From an uncultured Gammaproteobacteria bacterium (GTDB taxonomy: Bacteria; Patescibacteriota; Microgenomatia; Levybacterales; UBA12049): a DNA stretch of 64,000 nucleotides. How positions within the stretch are numbered: position 1 is the stretch's first letter; each line of letters begins with the position of its first letter. Shown here piece after piece: positions 1-9,749 of this stretch. The stretch spans positions 52,060-116,059 of the forward strand of contig CAYQEE010000005.1 of NCBI GenBank assembly GCA_964416445.1, given 5' to 3'. The position numbers and the translations under genes were made by a program. The notes under the pieces are model-generated. The model ran no database searches, was not told the DNA's origin, and worked only from the letters and a program-made list of their open reading frames with translations.

Positions 1-2208
1 AAAAATTTCCAGCTCCGTGGAGAAGAATTTTTGAATATGATGCGAAAATTCTATGGTTCGCAAACATTAACCTTCAATAGTAGATTGCTTCGGTTTATGA
101 GCTTACTTTCAACAGACCCTGATGAAGTAGAAGAATTTTTAACCAGTGGCAGACGACAAAATAGAATTGGTGGTACTTTAGGAAGAGGAATGAGTGGTGC
201 ATTGCTTCTTCATTACCATCTTGACCAGCTTGGTCATCTTGGCGAAGCAGACTTAGTGCATGGCAAAAGTAACTTTATTGATGGATTAGGGGCGAATGTC
301 CATGAAAATGGAAAAATGGGAGGAAGACGAGCCTTCTTTCAGTCATTATTATACCAATCAATTGCTAAAAGCAAATATGCGTCAGCAATTATAGAAAATG
401 GACAACTAACAAATACGATGAGAAAAAAAGGTGAAGCGATATCCGAAGAACGAGATAGGCAGGGACGTCTCCTCGCAGAATTTGAAAAATTATTGAATAC
501 CTCAAAGGATTTAGACGAGCGAGGAAGAGCAAGTGAGAATAGCTATTCGCACATATTTGACAATATTAAAGCTGATCTCGCAAGAGGAGAAGAATCAGTG
601 TTAGAAAATATGATTTTTTATACTACAAAAGATCTCGCTCTTGCTCAGGATTTACTCAAGCCAATTCGCTATTTATTAGATGAAAATAATCCCGATACGA
701 GAAGAATACTCGCGGCTGAACAACAAAATCCAGGTACTGAAGAATTTGCGGTGCTTGAACAAAAACTTGCCCTTAAGATGACAGAACTGTTTTTAGGTAT
801 TACGCGGAAAGATTTAAATTTCTACAATGGACCAAAAAGTAGTAATCGATCCACCAGAAATGTTGTTCTAGAAGCAATAGAAGCTTCAGTTCAGGCACAG
901 TATAACTTAAATTATACAGATGCTCGATTTGGAGCACATTTTGTCTCGTTAATGCCATCGTTTATGGGAATTGGTGCAAAAAATGATACGAATATTGACA
1001 GTACGCAATGGTGGTCAACGGTTATGCAATTTAAAGAATATCGCATAAGAAATCCTAAAAAAGTTGATGTCGGAGATCCTGAAACGTTTAATACCGTTGA
1101 ACAATTCCTTACTTTTATGGAGGCAATTGCTATACAGGTGGGAACGGAAACCACGCCAAAAAGAGATAGTGATGGGAATCTTGTCGACAAGAACGGTAAA
1201 TTGATTACCAACGATGGCCAAGTTGAGTATGAATCAAAAGCAGTTGTTGTGCCTTTTTATCGATTTGTTGAATCGCTTCGTGATAATGTTTCCCTTATCA
1301 AAACAAAAGCGAATCCGGATCAATCTGAAAAAGGACCTGATGCGAATAAAGTAGGAGATCCCGTGATCATTGATAATGGTATGAAAAATTTCGTAGAACA
1401 ACATTTGAAAGGTATGGTTGATTTAGATGGTATTATTAAAAAACATAAATTTGACTTGATGGATGTCATGAAACAAGAAGGGGGAACAGGAAAATGGGTT
1501 GAAGATTCACAAAAAGCTGATGATAACTTTTTTAAAATGCTGGGCGCATTGCGTAATGTCATCTCAAAACCGGCATTCTCAGCATATTTAAATGATAAAA
1601 ACTATACCATTCCTGTTCGCGAATTAGTCCTTGATGAAAATGGAAAATCGACAGGTAAATATCGATTTGTTAATAAAACATTAGCAGAAATGATGTTTCA
1701 TAGGAATATTCGAAATACCTTTGTTGATCAGCTTCCTGATGAAAAAGGCAAAAATACCATAGATGCAAAAGAAACATTGGTAAAACAAATGATAAAGTTT
1801 TTAGCTACCATGAGTTATGAAAGACATAAATTCGACCTGTTTGGGGGATGGACTGAAGCTGGTAGACAAAGAGAATCCAAATGGCCAACCTGGACCATTG
1901 AACGATTCCAGGCAACAGATTATTTCCTGATGTACAATTTATTAGCAGAAGCAAGGCAATATAAGGATAAATATGGAGAAGGATTAGAGGACTTTATCGA
2001 AACTTACCATCAAACAAGAGGGTACTTTAGTAAAGCCGATATTGCAGACACGCATAAGGTTTCTCATACCGAATATTGGGGATCAGGCTTTCTTGGTCTT
2101 GGAGGAATGGAAGCGAGTTCAATGTGGACTGGTCTCCTTGGTGTTATTTGGTTAGCAATGTTCGAACAATTTTCCAAAGGACTTGGAGAAGCAACAAAAT
2201 TTAAATAA
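1..2208 (+). CDS. Large hypothetical protein, 5'-truncated by the window edge; C-terminal hydrophobic helix
   Basis: Frame is open from base 1 (KNFQLRGEEFL...) to TAA at 2206-2208; no recognisable domain; ends ...MWTGLLGVIWLAMFEQFSKGLGEATKFK. Confidence 0.8.
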   Translation, partial: KNFQLRGEEFLNMMRKFYGSQTLTFNSRLLRFMSLLSTDPDEVEEFLTSGRRQNRIGGTLGRGMSGALLLHYHLDQLGHLGEADLVHGKSNFIDGLGANVHENGKMGGRRAFFQSLLYQSIAKSKYASAIIENGQLTNTMRKKGEAISEERDRQGRLLAEFEKLLNTSKDLDERGRASENSYSHIFDNIKADLARGEESVLENMIFYTTKDLALAQDLLKPIRYLLDENNPDTRRILAAEQQNPGTEEFAVLEQKLALKMTELFLGITRKDLNFYNGPKSSNRSTRNVVLEAIEASVQAQYNLNYTDARFGAHFVSLMPSFMGIGAKNDTNIDSTQWWSTVMQFKEYRIRNPKKVDVGDPETFNTVEQFLTFMEAIAIQVGTETTPKRDSDGNLVDKNGKLITNDGQVEYESKAVVVPFYRFVESLRDNVSLIKTKANPDQSEKGPDANKVGDPVIIDNGMKNFVEQHLKGMVDLDGIIKKHKFDLMDVMKQEGGTGKWVEDSQKADDNFFKMLGALRNVISKPAFSAYLNDKNYTIPVRELVLDENGKSTGKYRFVNKTLAEMMFHRNIRNTFVDQLPDEKGKNTIDAKETLVKQMIKFLATMSYERHKFDLFGGWTEAGRQRESKWPTWTIERFQATDYFLMYNLLAEARQYKDKYGEGLEDFIETYHQTRGYFSKADIADTHKVSHTEYWGSGFLGLGGMEASSMWTGLLGVIWLAMFEQFSKGLGEATKFK

Positions 2209-2235
2209 AGTTCAAATGTCTCTCAAGGGTAGCTT

Positions 2236-3849
2236 CTACGATCTTGGCGTTGATTCTTGTGTCATTGCATTATAGAGTCTATCTCGAGGACTACCTGCTC
2301 TCCCTAAGAGAACTCTTCTCCCAATACCACGGCTGGTTCCTTGATAAGGATTCTCTCTTTGCCATGCTTTTGCTCCAAACTTTCGTAATCCAGCTCCAGC
2401 AGCCCCTGCCCCAACAGCAAGGGATTGTCCAACTGCTGATCCTAACGCTCCTTTGGATTTCAATGCTTCTTTGACTGCATCAGGAATTTTCGGCAACATA
2501 AGAATTGCACAGAGAGCAATAATAGGTCCGACACTGATTCCCGGCACCATGGGTAAAATAAACGATGAAGTATTTGCTCCAATTTTTTGAGCAATTGCTC
2601 CTGCAATATACAAATAGCAGAGAGATATAGGGAAGATAAGCAAATTAGCCAACATATCCCTAAAGAATCCTCCTACTCCGCCACCAGGTGAACCGGGAAG
2701 ACCACCAAGGAGAATTCGAAGCGGACTTAAAATGACGTTAAACAAGATCGTAATATAGGCATTAATCAAAGACATCCAGAAGCGGAAGAGCGCGACAAGT
2801 ACTGCAACGGCAATGGCAAAGAATACAATCAGTTGAATTAATGAATCAATGCCCCATGGAAAAGGACCATTTGGGCATCCATTTCCTGAAATGGCACCAA
2901 TGAAGCAAATAATACCTGAAATGATATTCAATGGAATCAGTAAAATCAAACTGATTAACCCGGTAACAATACGTAGTGGGCCAAGAAACGGACCAACAGT
3001 TCCTGCAACTGTCTGCGCACCGGTCATGATGGATGCACCGACACCTCCCGAAGAGCTAAAGGCGAGATTTGCCGCATCAAATGGTGTTGTTGTACTAAAT
3101 AAAGAATTTGTCACATTTGTTCCTCCAACGGCAGCGGCAATAACATTTAAAAAGACAAAGGTGAGAACATAGGTAAGGTCAATGAGTAAACCTGCAATTG
3201 CGTAGGAAAAAGTGATCAAAAGAAGCCCAACGATGATTTTTGGTATTTGGTTCTGAAGTGTCATAACTGTTCGGGGATCGATCTTGATTCGAAGCATAAT
3301 ACCTAACCCAACAACAATAAAAACAACAACAATCATTAAATAGGCAATATTTCGAAACCCAATCCAAATTGACAAAATAGGATCTAACCCTTGTGCACCT
3401 ATTCCTACTTCATTTGGATTTGTCGCAGCATACGTGCGAGAGACTCCGTTAGCATGGAAATTTTGTGAAAGATAGTTAATATATGAATTCGTATGGATTG
3501 GAATTGCGTATGTTAATGCTAAGGTGTGTACCATGAATCCTAAAACGCCTCCACTTGGTTGTGTGTAAGAAATGTTGCCCGTTTTCACATCATATCCAAG
3601 GCACTGTCCGTTTGGTTTAGTTGGGTCGGTTCCTGTAAGAATACAAAGTCCTTCAGAAAGAATACTTAACAGAAGTCCATGGGTTACTGTTTGAAGATTG
3701 TGTGGTACATCAGCGTTTGTGTTTTGAAAAAGAAAATTGTTTCCAGAAGTTACTTGAGCATGTGCGGGTTGTGTAAATGATGTGAGAAGAAAAATATTTG
3801 AAGAAAAGAGAATGACAAGAAAAGTAAAAATGGACAATACTTTCTTCAT
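2236..3849 (-). CDS. Polytopic membrane protein, VirB6/TrbL-like type IV secretion-associated family typical of CPR
   Basis: Signal peptide from ATG 3849 (MKKVLSIF...AHA); 'W..FRNIAY...IVVGLGIMLR.KI...LPKIIVGLLLITFSYAIAGLLID' segment; about 8 TM helices; 'ILSPLRIL' pattern. Confidence 0.6.
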   Translation of the reverse strand: MKKVLSIFTFLVILFSSNIFLLTSFTQPAHAQVTSGNNFLFQNTNADVPHNLQTVTHGLLLSILSEGLCILTGTDPTKPNGQCLGYDVKTGNISYTQPSGGVLGFMVHTLALTYAIPIHTNSYINYLSQNFHANGVSRTYAATNPNEVGIGAQGLDPILSIWIGFRNIAYLMIVVVFIVVGLGIMLRIKIDPRTVMTLQNQIPKIIVGLLLITFSYAIAGLLIDLTYVLTFVFLNVIAAAVGGTNVTNSLFSTTTPFDAANLAFSSSGGVGASIMTGAQTVAGTVGPFLGPLRIVTGLISLILLIPLNIISGIICFIGAISGNGCPNGPFPWGIDSLIQLIVFFAIAVAVLVALFRFWMSLINAYITILFNVILSPLRILLGGLPGSPGGGVGGFFRDMLANLLIFPISLCYLYIAGAIAQKIGANTSSFILPMVPGISVGPIIALCAILMLPKIPDAVKEALKSKGALGSAVGQSLAVGAGAAGAGLRKFGAKAWQRENPYQGTSRGIGRRVLLGRAGSPRDRLYNAMTQESTPRS

Positions 3850-3937
3850 GTTAAATCTAGTGTGAAGTTTTTCTGAAAAAATGTCAAGGGCCCCAATGAA
3901 CAATACAGCAAGATGGTTACCCATAAAGAATATTTAT

Positions 3938-4909
3938 TTAAACGGCATTTTTTAGTGGAGAATGTTTCTGAAATGGAAACTGAGAAGGAGAGGGCCTTTG
4001 TGGACTGATCATATGATATTGATGCATAATTTTTTGTAATTGGCCAGATTGAGATAAAGTGACCAAAAGAGTAATAACCGAGGCAACGATAATGATTCCC
4101 ATGATCCAACCGATAGCAGATATAATATATATCCACGTCAATGATGTCTTCTCAACCATGTTTGTGGCAGCTGTTACTTGTTTATATAACAGAACAAAAT
4201 AAACTGATATAAACCAACCGAACAAAATACTGATAATAAAAGATAGAATTCCCACTATCACATGTAACCCCATTTGATCTTGAGGAATAATTCGAGGAAG
4301 AAACTGGATTGCTGTTTGCAGTAAACAAATGAGCAAAATTCTGACAAACACTTCTCCAAAGTGAGTTTTAACCATATGGTAACTATTTCGCAATGCAGTA
4401 AACCCTCGATGATTTCCCAGAATTACTTCGTAAGGGGTAAACACAAAAAAAATTGCAAAAAGGATACCTGGAAGAATCAGTAAGAAATATCCACCAAGGG
4501 TGACTAAACCAGTAAGAACATCAATGATAAAAAAGGGAAGAAGAAAAGGATAACTTTTTTTAATTGCTTCAAATACTGGTATCCTCCCCGAGGAATCAAT
4601 AACAATTATGGTAGCTATTTGTGAGATCAGTCCTATGATGATGATGGATATTGTTAACAGAATTATATCAACAATAACAAGAGGTATAAGTGCTGATATA
4701 TTATGAAACAGAAGCAGATAAATGAGTGTAAGAAGTAACAAGATGACACTAACGCACACAAAAGAAACAATACTCAAAATACTAATGACAAAAAGGGGGA
4801 GTAACGATTCTTTGCAAGTGCGGTATGTTTCTTCAAAAAGTGAACGTAATGGCGGTATTTGATGCTTTTTATATTGGCTATTATGCTCAGATTTCTTTTG
4901 CTCTTCCAT
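3938..4909 (-). CDS. Integral membrane protein (resembles the glycerophosphodiester phosphodiesterase membrane-domain family)
   Basis: 6-7 TM helices; 'LLILPGILFAIFFVFTPY...G..ALRNSY.MVK' pattern; start placed at ATG 4909. Confidence 0.6.
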   Translation of the reverse strand: MEEQKKSEHNSQYKKHQIPPLRSLFEETYRTCKESLLPLFVISILSIVSFVCVSVILLLLTLIYLLLFHNISALIPLVIVDIILLTISIIIIGLISQIATIIVIDSSGRIPVFEAIKKSYPFLLPFFIIDVLTGLVTLGGYFLLILPGILFAIFFVFTPYEVILGNHRGFTALRNSYHMVKTHFGEVFVRILLICLLQTAIQFLPRIIPQDQMGLHVIVGILSFIISILFGWFISVYFVLLYKQVTAATNMVEKTSLTWIYIISAIGWIMGIIIVASVITLLVTLSQSGQLQKIMHQYHMISPQRPSPSQFPFQKHSPLKNAV

Positions 4910-4993
4910 ATGTTCTTCCCCCCTCAAGTATTTCAATAAAATTACAGTAAGTCAAATGGTTCTGTGAGCAGGAATATTCTCTTCATATCTTTG

Positions 4994-5080
4994 CGGAGGG
5001 AGAGGGATTTGAACCCTCGATACCCTTGCGAGTATACAGCTTTTCCAAAGCTGCGCACTAGGCCACTATGCGACCCCTCC
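4994..5080 (-). tRNA. tRNA-Ser(GGA)
   Basis: GGAGGGG acceptor; anticodon arm CAGCT-TTGGAAA-AGCTG; long variable arm; T-loop TTCAAAT; discriminator G; CCA not encoded. Confidence 0.95.
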
Positions 5081-5102
5081 TTGTATATCATTATACCGAA
5101 CT

Positions 5103-5531
5103 TTATGTGAAAGTAGGTAAAATTGTTTTAGCTTCTTCCCAAACTTGTTTATCAGAATCAAACGTTAATCGTTTTGCAACTTCAGTCGGTGGTAACCATT
5201 CCACCTTTTCCATTTCCCAATCATGTTGAGAAATATCCCCACTTTGATAGCGCATGATAAAGTAATAGACTGTCTTTTTTCGCTTCACCCCATCCATGTG
5301 ATACCAATAGGTAACGGGATGTAAAGCGGTAAGTATTTTCCCTTTGACTCCTGTTTCTTCCTCAACTTCCCGTAACGCTGTTTCTTCTTTACTTTCACCT
5401 TTTACCTTATCTCCTATAAATCCTTTCGGGAATACCCATCCATGATGTTGCGAGTGCTGGCTAACAAGGATTTCTATTCCTTGTGCGCCAGTTTTAAAAA
5501 CTACCCCGCCTGCTGAAAATTCTTGCTTCAT
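5103..5531 (-). CDS. NUDIX hydrolase (Ap4A hydrolase-like)
   Basis: 'SAGGVV', 'WVFPKG' and Nudix box 'GESKEETALREVEEETG'. Confidence 0.9.
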   Translation of the reverse strand: MKQEFSAGGVVFKTGAQGIEILVSQHSQHHGWVFPKGFIGDKVKGESKEETALREVEEETGVKGKILTALHPVTYWYHMDGVKRKKTVYYFIMRYQSGDISQHDWEMEKVEWLPPTEVAKRLTFDSDKQVWEEAKTILPTFT

Positions 5532-5609
5532 ACGATTCTTGTTGTAAAGTTATTGTTAGCTCTCTATCAAGCATGATATTCAAATGAGAGGTACACTACT
5601 GTCGACCAT

Positions 5610-5656
5610 TATACTGTATTTTATACCTATTTGCAGACATTCCAAAATACAGTATA
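5610..5656. promoter_or_regulatory. 13-bp inverted repeat forming two back-to-back -10 regions of divergent promoters
   Basis: TATACTGTATTTT (5610-5622) and AAAATACAGTATA (5644-5656); each arm reads AAAATACAG-TATA(A/C)T facing outward. Confidence 0.5.
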
Positions 5657-5675
5657 CTCTCAATAACAACAAGGT

Positions 5676-6017
5676 ATGGATATACAAAAGGAAATAGAGG
5701 ATATCAAGAAAGAGCTTGTTGAGCTTATTATCTCACATTTAAAAGCAAATAAGATGGAAGCACAACAAGCGCAAAAAATGGCAAACGATTTTCTTGGCAT
5801 ATTGCCAGTAAAAGATCAAAAGGATTTATTAGAAAAATTGAAAAAATTAGGGGACAGTTACCAAGAAATGCGGAGCTTGTATGTGAAAGAATTAGCTAAA
5901 TTTAATGAAGAACAACGTGAGCATGCGCTCTTAAAAATGCGAAACTCGATAGCTGAAGGAAAAATTGAAGATGCTATTAATGTTGCGAAACAATTGCAAG
6001 TGAATAGTGTAGTATAA
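5676..6017 (+). CDS. Small helical hypothetical protein
   Basis: 113-aa charged ORF; TATACT upstream; adjacent to the next ORF. Confidence 0.75.
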   Translation: MDIQKEIEDIKKELVELIISHLKANKMEAQQAQKMANDFLGILPVKDQKDLLEKLKKLGDSYQEMRSLYVKELAKFNEEQREHALLKMRNSIAEGKIEDAINVAKQLQVNSVV

Positions 6018-6022
6018 AGACT

Positions 6023-8215
6023 ATGACTGAAATAAAAATAGCACCGAATGGACAAACTGTGGCAGCAAAACCTGAATTAAAAGTGGCGGCAGTCAGGATT
6101 GCTCGTGCAATTGAGCCAGATAGAAAAACGAAACCGCCAGTAAAAGATGCAAATCATCCTTATTACAAAGAAGGATTATTTGGACCAAAATCTCAAGAGG
6201 ATATTGATGCTGCATTCATTTATATAAACCGAACAAATGCACAAGCTGAGTACTATAGAGCTCGTTCGTCTTCTGATAAAGCAGCTGATATTACTCGCGC
6301 AAATGCATTAAGTCATGAGGCTGCTGATGTGGAAGATTTATTCCTTATGAAATATGATGCAGTACGAACTGATTTAGAAACAATACTTAATAGTATTACT
6401 GATCCGGACTATGACATACAATTACAAAAACGAGTTGATGCGAAAATGGAGTACTTTAAATCCCATGCTGAGGCATTAGAACAACGTGCGCAAAACCAAA
6501 GTACCCGCTTAGCCCAGGAAATGGAGTTTTTTACCGAGAGTGAGGCAAATGCTGCAATTCTTTTTTTAGAATCCGTTCCGCTTACTCCGCAGGATGTAGG
6601 CTATGATGATCCATTGAAATATGAACAAGCGTGCGTGCTTGCTGCGAAAGATTTTGCCCAATTACCTTTGGATGATCAAGGTCTTACGGACGATGCGAGA
6701 AGAGCTAAAGTTAGAACTCTTGCTGAACAAATTTACGCGAACGCCAACATAAATCATATGACACCTTTTGAAATGAGAGGAAAACAAAATGTGAATGCGC
6801 AAATAGCATCAAATAATGCTCGAATTGATGCTGTCTATTTAGCCGTCGCAAGTGAACTGAGTGCAAATCCTACAAAATATGCGGAAGCAGTACAGGAACA
6901 AAAATTTGACGTTTCTGAAGCTGAAATAGATCAAGAAATACAACGAGTTGCAGCAAGTGCTGGAGTAACCCAAGCGTCAAATTCATATGAATATCAAAAT
7001 ATCGTTAATAAAGTGTATGCCAGTCATTTGCGCGGAAAAGCAGAATCATTGTTAACTATTCCTCAAGCCTATCTTGATGCAAACGGAGATCCTGAAGCGT
7101 ATCGATTGAAATATCACGAAATGACCTCCCAAGCAACAGCACCTGTTCCTGCAGAAGCTATCATTGAAGCGGTTCATCAAGATGCTGTCGCAAAAGATCA
7201 GGAACTTATTCAAAAAGGAATTGAAAAGGCATATAACGATGTTTATATTGCTCAAGCGATACCATTACTTGACCAAGCGAAATTGATAGAAGCACTTGAT
7301 AATGGAAAGTTTGACGTGAGTGGTGCCTTTCTTCAGCAAGAAGTCTCTGATAAGCTGAATGCAGATGGGATAGATCCTGCTGATGCGGTGAAAGTTGCTA
7401 AAGTGAAACAAGGCGTCTATGCTCGTCATTTACGTGCAAAGACCGAGTCATCCTTGCACGTTCCGCAAGATGTTGATCAAAATGCGTATATATTAAAATG
7501 GAAAGATTTATATACACGGAATAAAGGTACAATTCCTTCAGAAGCTGAAGTGAGAGCGGCGTTAGGTATTGATCAAAAAGTTGCAGATGCGCTTAATAAG
7601 ACACAAGATCATGTAAAACTTACCTTTGAGGGTAAATACGCAAGCCAGTTACTTGATAATGAAGAAGTAAAAAGATATGTTGAAGCTTCAGTAAAACTGA
7701 TGGACGAAATGGCTGCAATGCATAATGATCCTGCGTATAGCGAAAATGATGATGTACTTCGGGAAAAGTTAGCTCCATTGCAACTGATGAAACAGTTATT
7801 GGAGGCAGAACAGCAAAAAAGAACTCTTACTCCTCAAGAGCAAGCTCAGTTAGATCATGCGACTAAAGAATTATCGTTAGGCAATGAGTTTCTTGCCAAA
7901 GATGATAAGGTAAAAAGAGAGGAACGAGCGCAATTGCAAACACAATTGAGACAAAAGGATTCAATTTTCCAGTCATATATTAATCATATTGGAACATTGC
8001 GAGGGATGACCCCAGAGTTTGCTCAAAAAATGAGAACTGCTATGGAGGATAAATGGTATCGGGGTAATAGTGAAAATTGGGATGAGCTGATGAGACAAAA
8101 AGAAACACAGAACTGGCTTTGGCTCTTAGGTATGTTAGGTGCAGTAATCATGAATGCTTCGGGAACTATTATGCTACAGGGTATCGGTCAAGCTGCTTCA
8201 GTCGGTCGACAATAA
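6023..8215 (+). CDS. Large helical hypothetical protein with an internal duplication (135-aa period) and a C-terminal hydrophobic tail
   Basis: 730-aa ORF; 'KFDVS...VYA.HLR.K.ES.L..PQ...AY.LK' occurs twice. Confidence 0.8.
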   Translation: MTEIKIAPNGQTVAAKPELKVAAVRIARAIEPDRKTKPPVKDANHPYYKEGLFGPKSQEDIDAAFIYINRTNAQAEYYRARSSSDKAADITRANALSHEAADVEDLFLMKYDAVRTDLETILNSITDPDYDIQLQKRVDAKMEYFKSHAEALEQRAQNQSTRLAQEMEFFTESEANAAILFLESVPLTPQDVGYDDPLKYEQACVLAAKDFAQLPLDDQGLTDDARRAKVRTLAEQIYANANINHMTPFEMRGKQNVNAQIASNNARIDAVYLAVASELSANPTKYAEAVQEQKFDVSEAEIDQEIQRVAASAGVTQASNSYEYQNIVNKVYASHLRGKAESLLTIPQAYLDANGDPEAYRLKYHEMTSQATAPVPAEAIIEAVHQDAVAKDQELIQKGIEKAYNDVYIAQAIPLLDQAKLIEALDNGKFDVSGAFLQQEVSDKLNADGIDPADAVKVAKVKQGVYARHLRAKTESSLHVPQDVDQNAYILKWKDLYTRNKGTIPSEAEVRAALGIDQKVADALNKTQDHVKLTFEGKYASQLLDNEEVKRYVEASVKLMDEMAAMHNDPAYSENDDVLREKLAPLQLMKQLLEAEQQKRTLTPQEQAQLDHATKELSLGNEFLAKDDKVKREERAQLQTQLRQKDSIFQSYINHIGTLRGMTPEFAQKMRTAMEDKWYRGNSENWDELMRQKETQNWLWLLGMLGAVIMNASGTIMLQGIGQAASVGRQ

Positions 8216-8299
8216 TTTTCTTGTAAGCTTTCTATCATCTCAATATCAAGCATAGTCAGTTGGTTTATGACATGATTCCTGCGTTAAGGAGGGATAGAT

Positions 8300-8935
8300 A
8301 TGGTAGAAGTACAGGGTCTTCCAGGAATACAACAGGTTGCTTATCACGTAGCGCGTGATGAAGTAGTTCCTCGTGCATTGGGGTCTTCTAGTGAAAACCC
8401 TTTTTCTAAAATTGAAGGCAAGGCACAATTGATGAAAGATGAACCTATCTTTTCCTCTCAAAACTTGGAGCAAAATAAAACAAATTCTTTTAATACAAAA
8501 GAGATTGATGTGCATGAACAAAATAAACAGGATACCTTGCCAAAGACTCATATTCCAAGGGATCTTGTCATCTTTAAAAAAGATCAGCAGATAAAAAACG
8601 ATCACCGAGTTGAGGAAAGAGTAAACATGAGTTCTCGTAAGAGAGATTTATCTGAATCTATGGAAAAGCGAAAGGGTTTATCAACACAGTCAGGAGTACA
8701 AGAAACACTGACAAACGTACTCCCTCAATTAGAAAAAACATTTGGAAAAAAAGTTCATACGATCACTGCTGATGCCGATTTCCTGTCGCTTCTTGTTGGT
8801 GAGACAAGAAGGGTAAATAATCAAGATGAGGAACATAATATTGTCTCATTATTTTTCAGATTACTTGTTTGGCTAATACAAATGGTATTAACGCAAGGTT
8901 TTTGGAAAGGAGAGAAGCTCGTAACACAAACGTAA
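8300..8935 (+). CDS. Hypothetical protein with a C-terminal hydrophobic helix
   Basis: AAGGAGG SD upstream; 211 aa; ends SLFFRLLVWLIQMVLTQGFWKGEKLVTQT. Confidence 0.7.
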   Translation: MVEVQGLPGIQQVAYHVARDEVVPRALGSSSENPFSKIEGKAQLMKDEPIFSSQNLEQNKTNSFNTKEIDVHEQNKQDTLPKTHIPRDLVIFKKDQQIKNDHRVEERVNMSSRKRDLSESMEKRKGLSTQSGVQETLTNVLPQLEKTFGKKVHTITADADFLSLLVGETRRVNNQDEEHNIVSLFFRLLVWLIQMVLTQGFWKGEKLVTQT

Positions 8936-8947
8936 TATTGAAATTTG

Positions 8948-9020
8948 CGCACTCGAGAGGATTCGAACCTCCAACCACAAGATCCGCAATCTTGCGCTCT
9001 ATCCATTAAGCTACGAGTGC
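8948..9020 (-). tRNA. tRNA-Arg(GCG)
   Basis: GCACTCG/CGAGTGC acceptor; anticodon arm CAAGA-TTGCGGA-TCTTG; T-loop TTCGAAT. Confidence 0.95.
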
Positions 9021-9053
9021 TAATATTCTGAGCGTATTGTAACTGACTTTTTC

Positions 9054-9644
9054 CTATGAAGCAACTTTGTGGACTTTTTTTACTTTTTCAACTGGTTCGA
9101 GAGGAAAATTTTTTGTCATCCAAGTACTTGCCTTATCAACAAATGTCGGTGGGATATATTCCCTGAAAGGTAGATAAGGTAACAATGCTTTTTTAATGCT
9201 TTCAATGTTAACCTCACCATTAGGAGTCAGAATAATCTCACCGGGAAAAATTGTCCGAGTTCTGACGACAATAACTTCCTGATTGTTTTGATGATCAATA
9301 AAAAAATCATATAATTCTTGCCACAATGAATAATGGTCTTCAACAAAAATACCCTCACTACTAATTCGAAATTTAAAATTATGGGGAGGAACAGCAGAGA
9401 ACGTAAATGCTAAAAATACGAAAGACAGAACGACAAGCATTTCGAGGTACATTGAAAATAAAAAAAGTATTACTTCAACGAAGAACATGATAATGAGTAC
9501 CGTTGCATAATACTCCCTTGTACGTTTTTTAAATGGTCTTCCTGGTGCTTCCCAGGTAAGAATCGTCTTTACTTCATTGAAATTCGCATGAATTTCTTGA
9601 AGATCTTTACTACCCAGTTCTTGACTTGTCTGTTGCTTGGTCAT
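9054..9644 (-). CDS. Conserved hypothetical 2-TM membrane protein (DUF5673-like)
   Basis: 'LTWEAPGRPFKKR', two TM helices, then a PH-like segment 'ISSEGIFVED..Y.W'. Confidence 0.7.
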   Translation of the reverse strand: MTKQQTSQELGSKDLQEIHANFNEVKTILTWEAPGRPFKKRTREYYATVLIIMFFVEVILFLFSMYLEMLVVLSFVFLAFTFSAVPPHNFKFRISSEGIFVEDHYSLWQELYDFFIDHQNNQEVIVVRTRTIFPGEIILTPNGEVNIESIKKALLPYLPFREYIPPTFVDKASTWMTKNFPLEPVEKVKKVHKVAS

Positions 9645-9749
9645 AATTTTACTGTATATCAGAAAGTTATATTCGTCAAGAAAGAAAACAAGCAGTATAT
9701 TTTTGACAAAGTTTTATCAAAAACGTACAATTATAAGATATATTTTTCT

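Noticed and set aside
9588-9749. N-terminal extension of PanB given by the ORF track (similar cases for TlyA, MutS, QueF)
   Set aside because: It overlaps the divergent gene and promoter region; homology begins at the downstream ATG.
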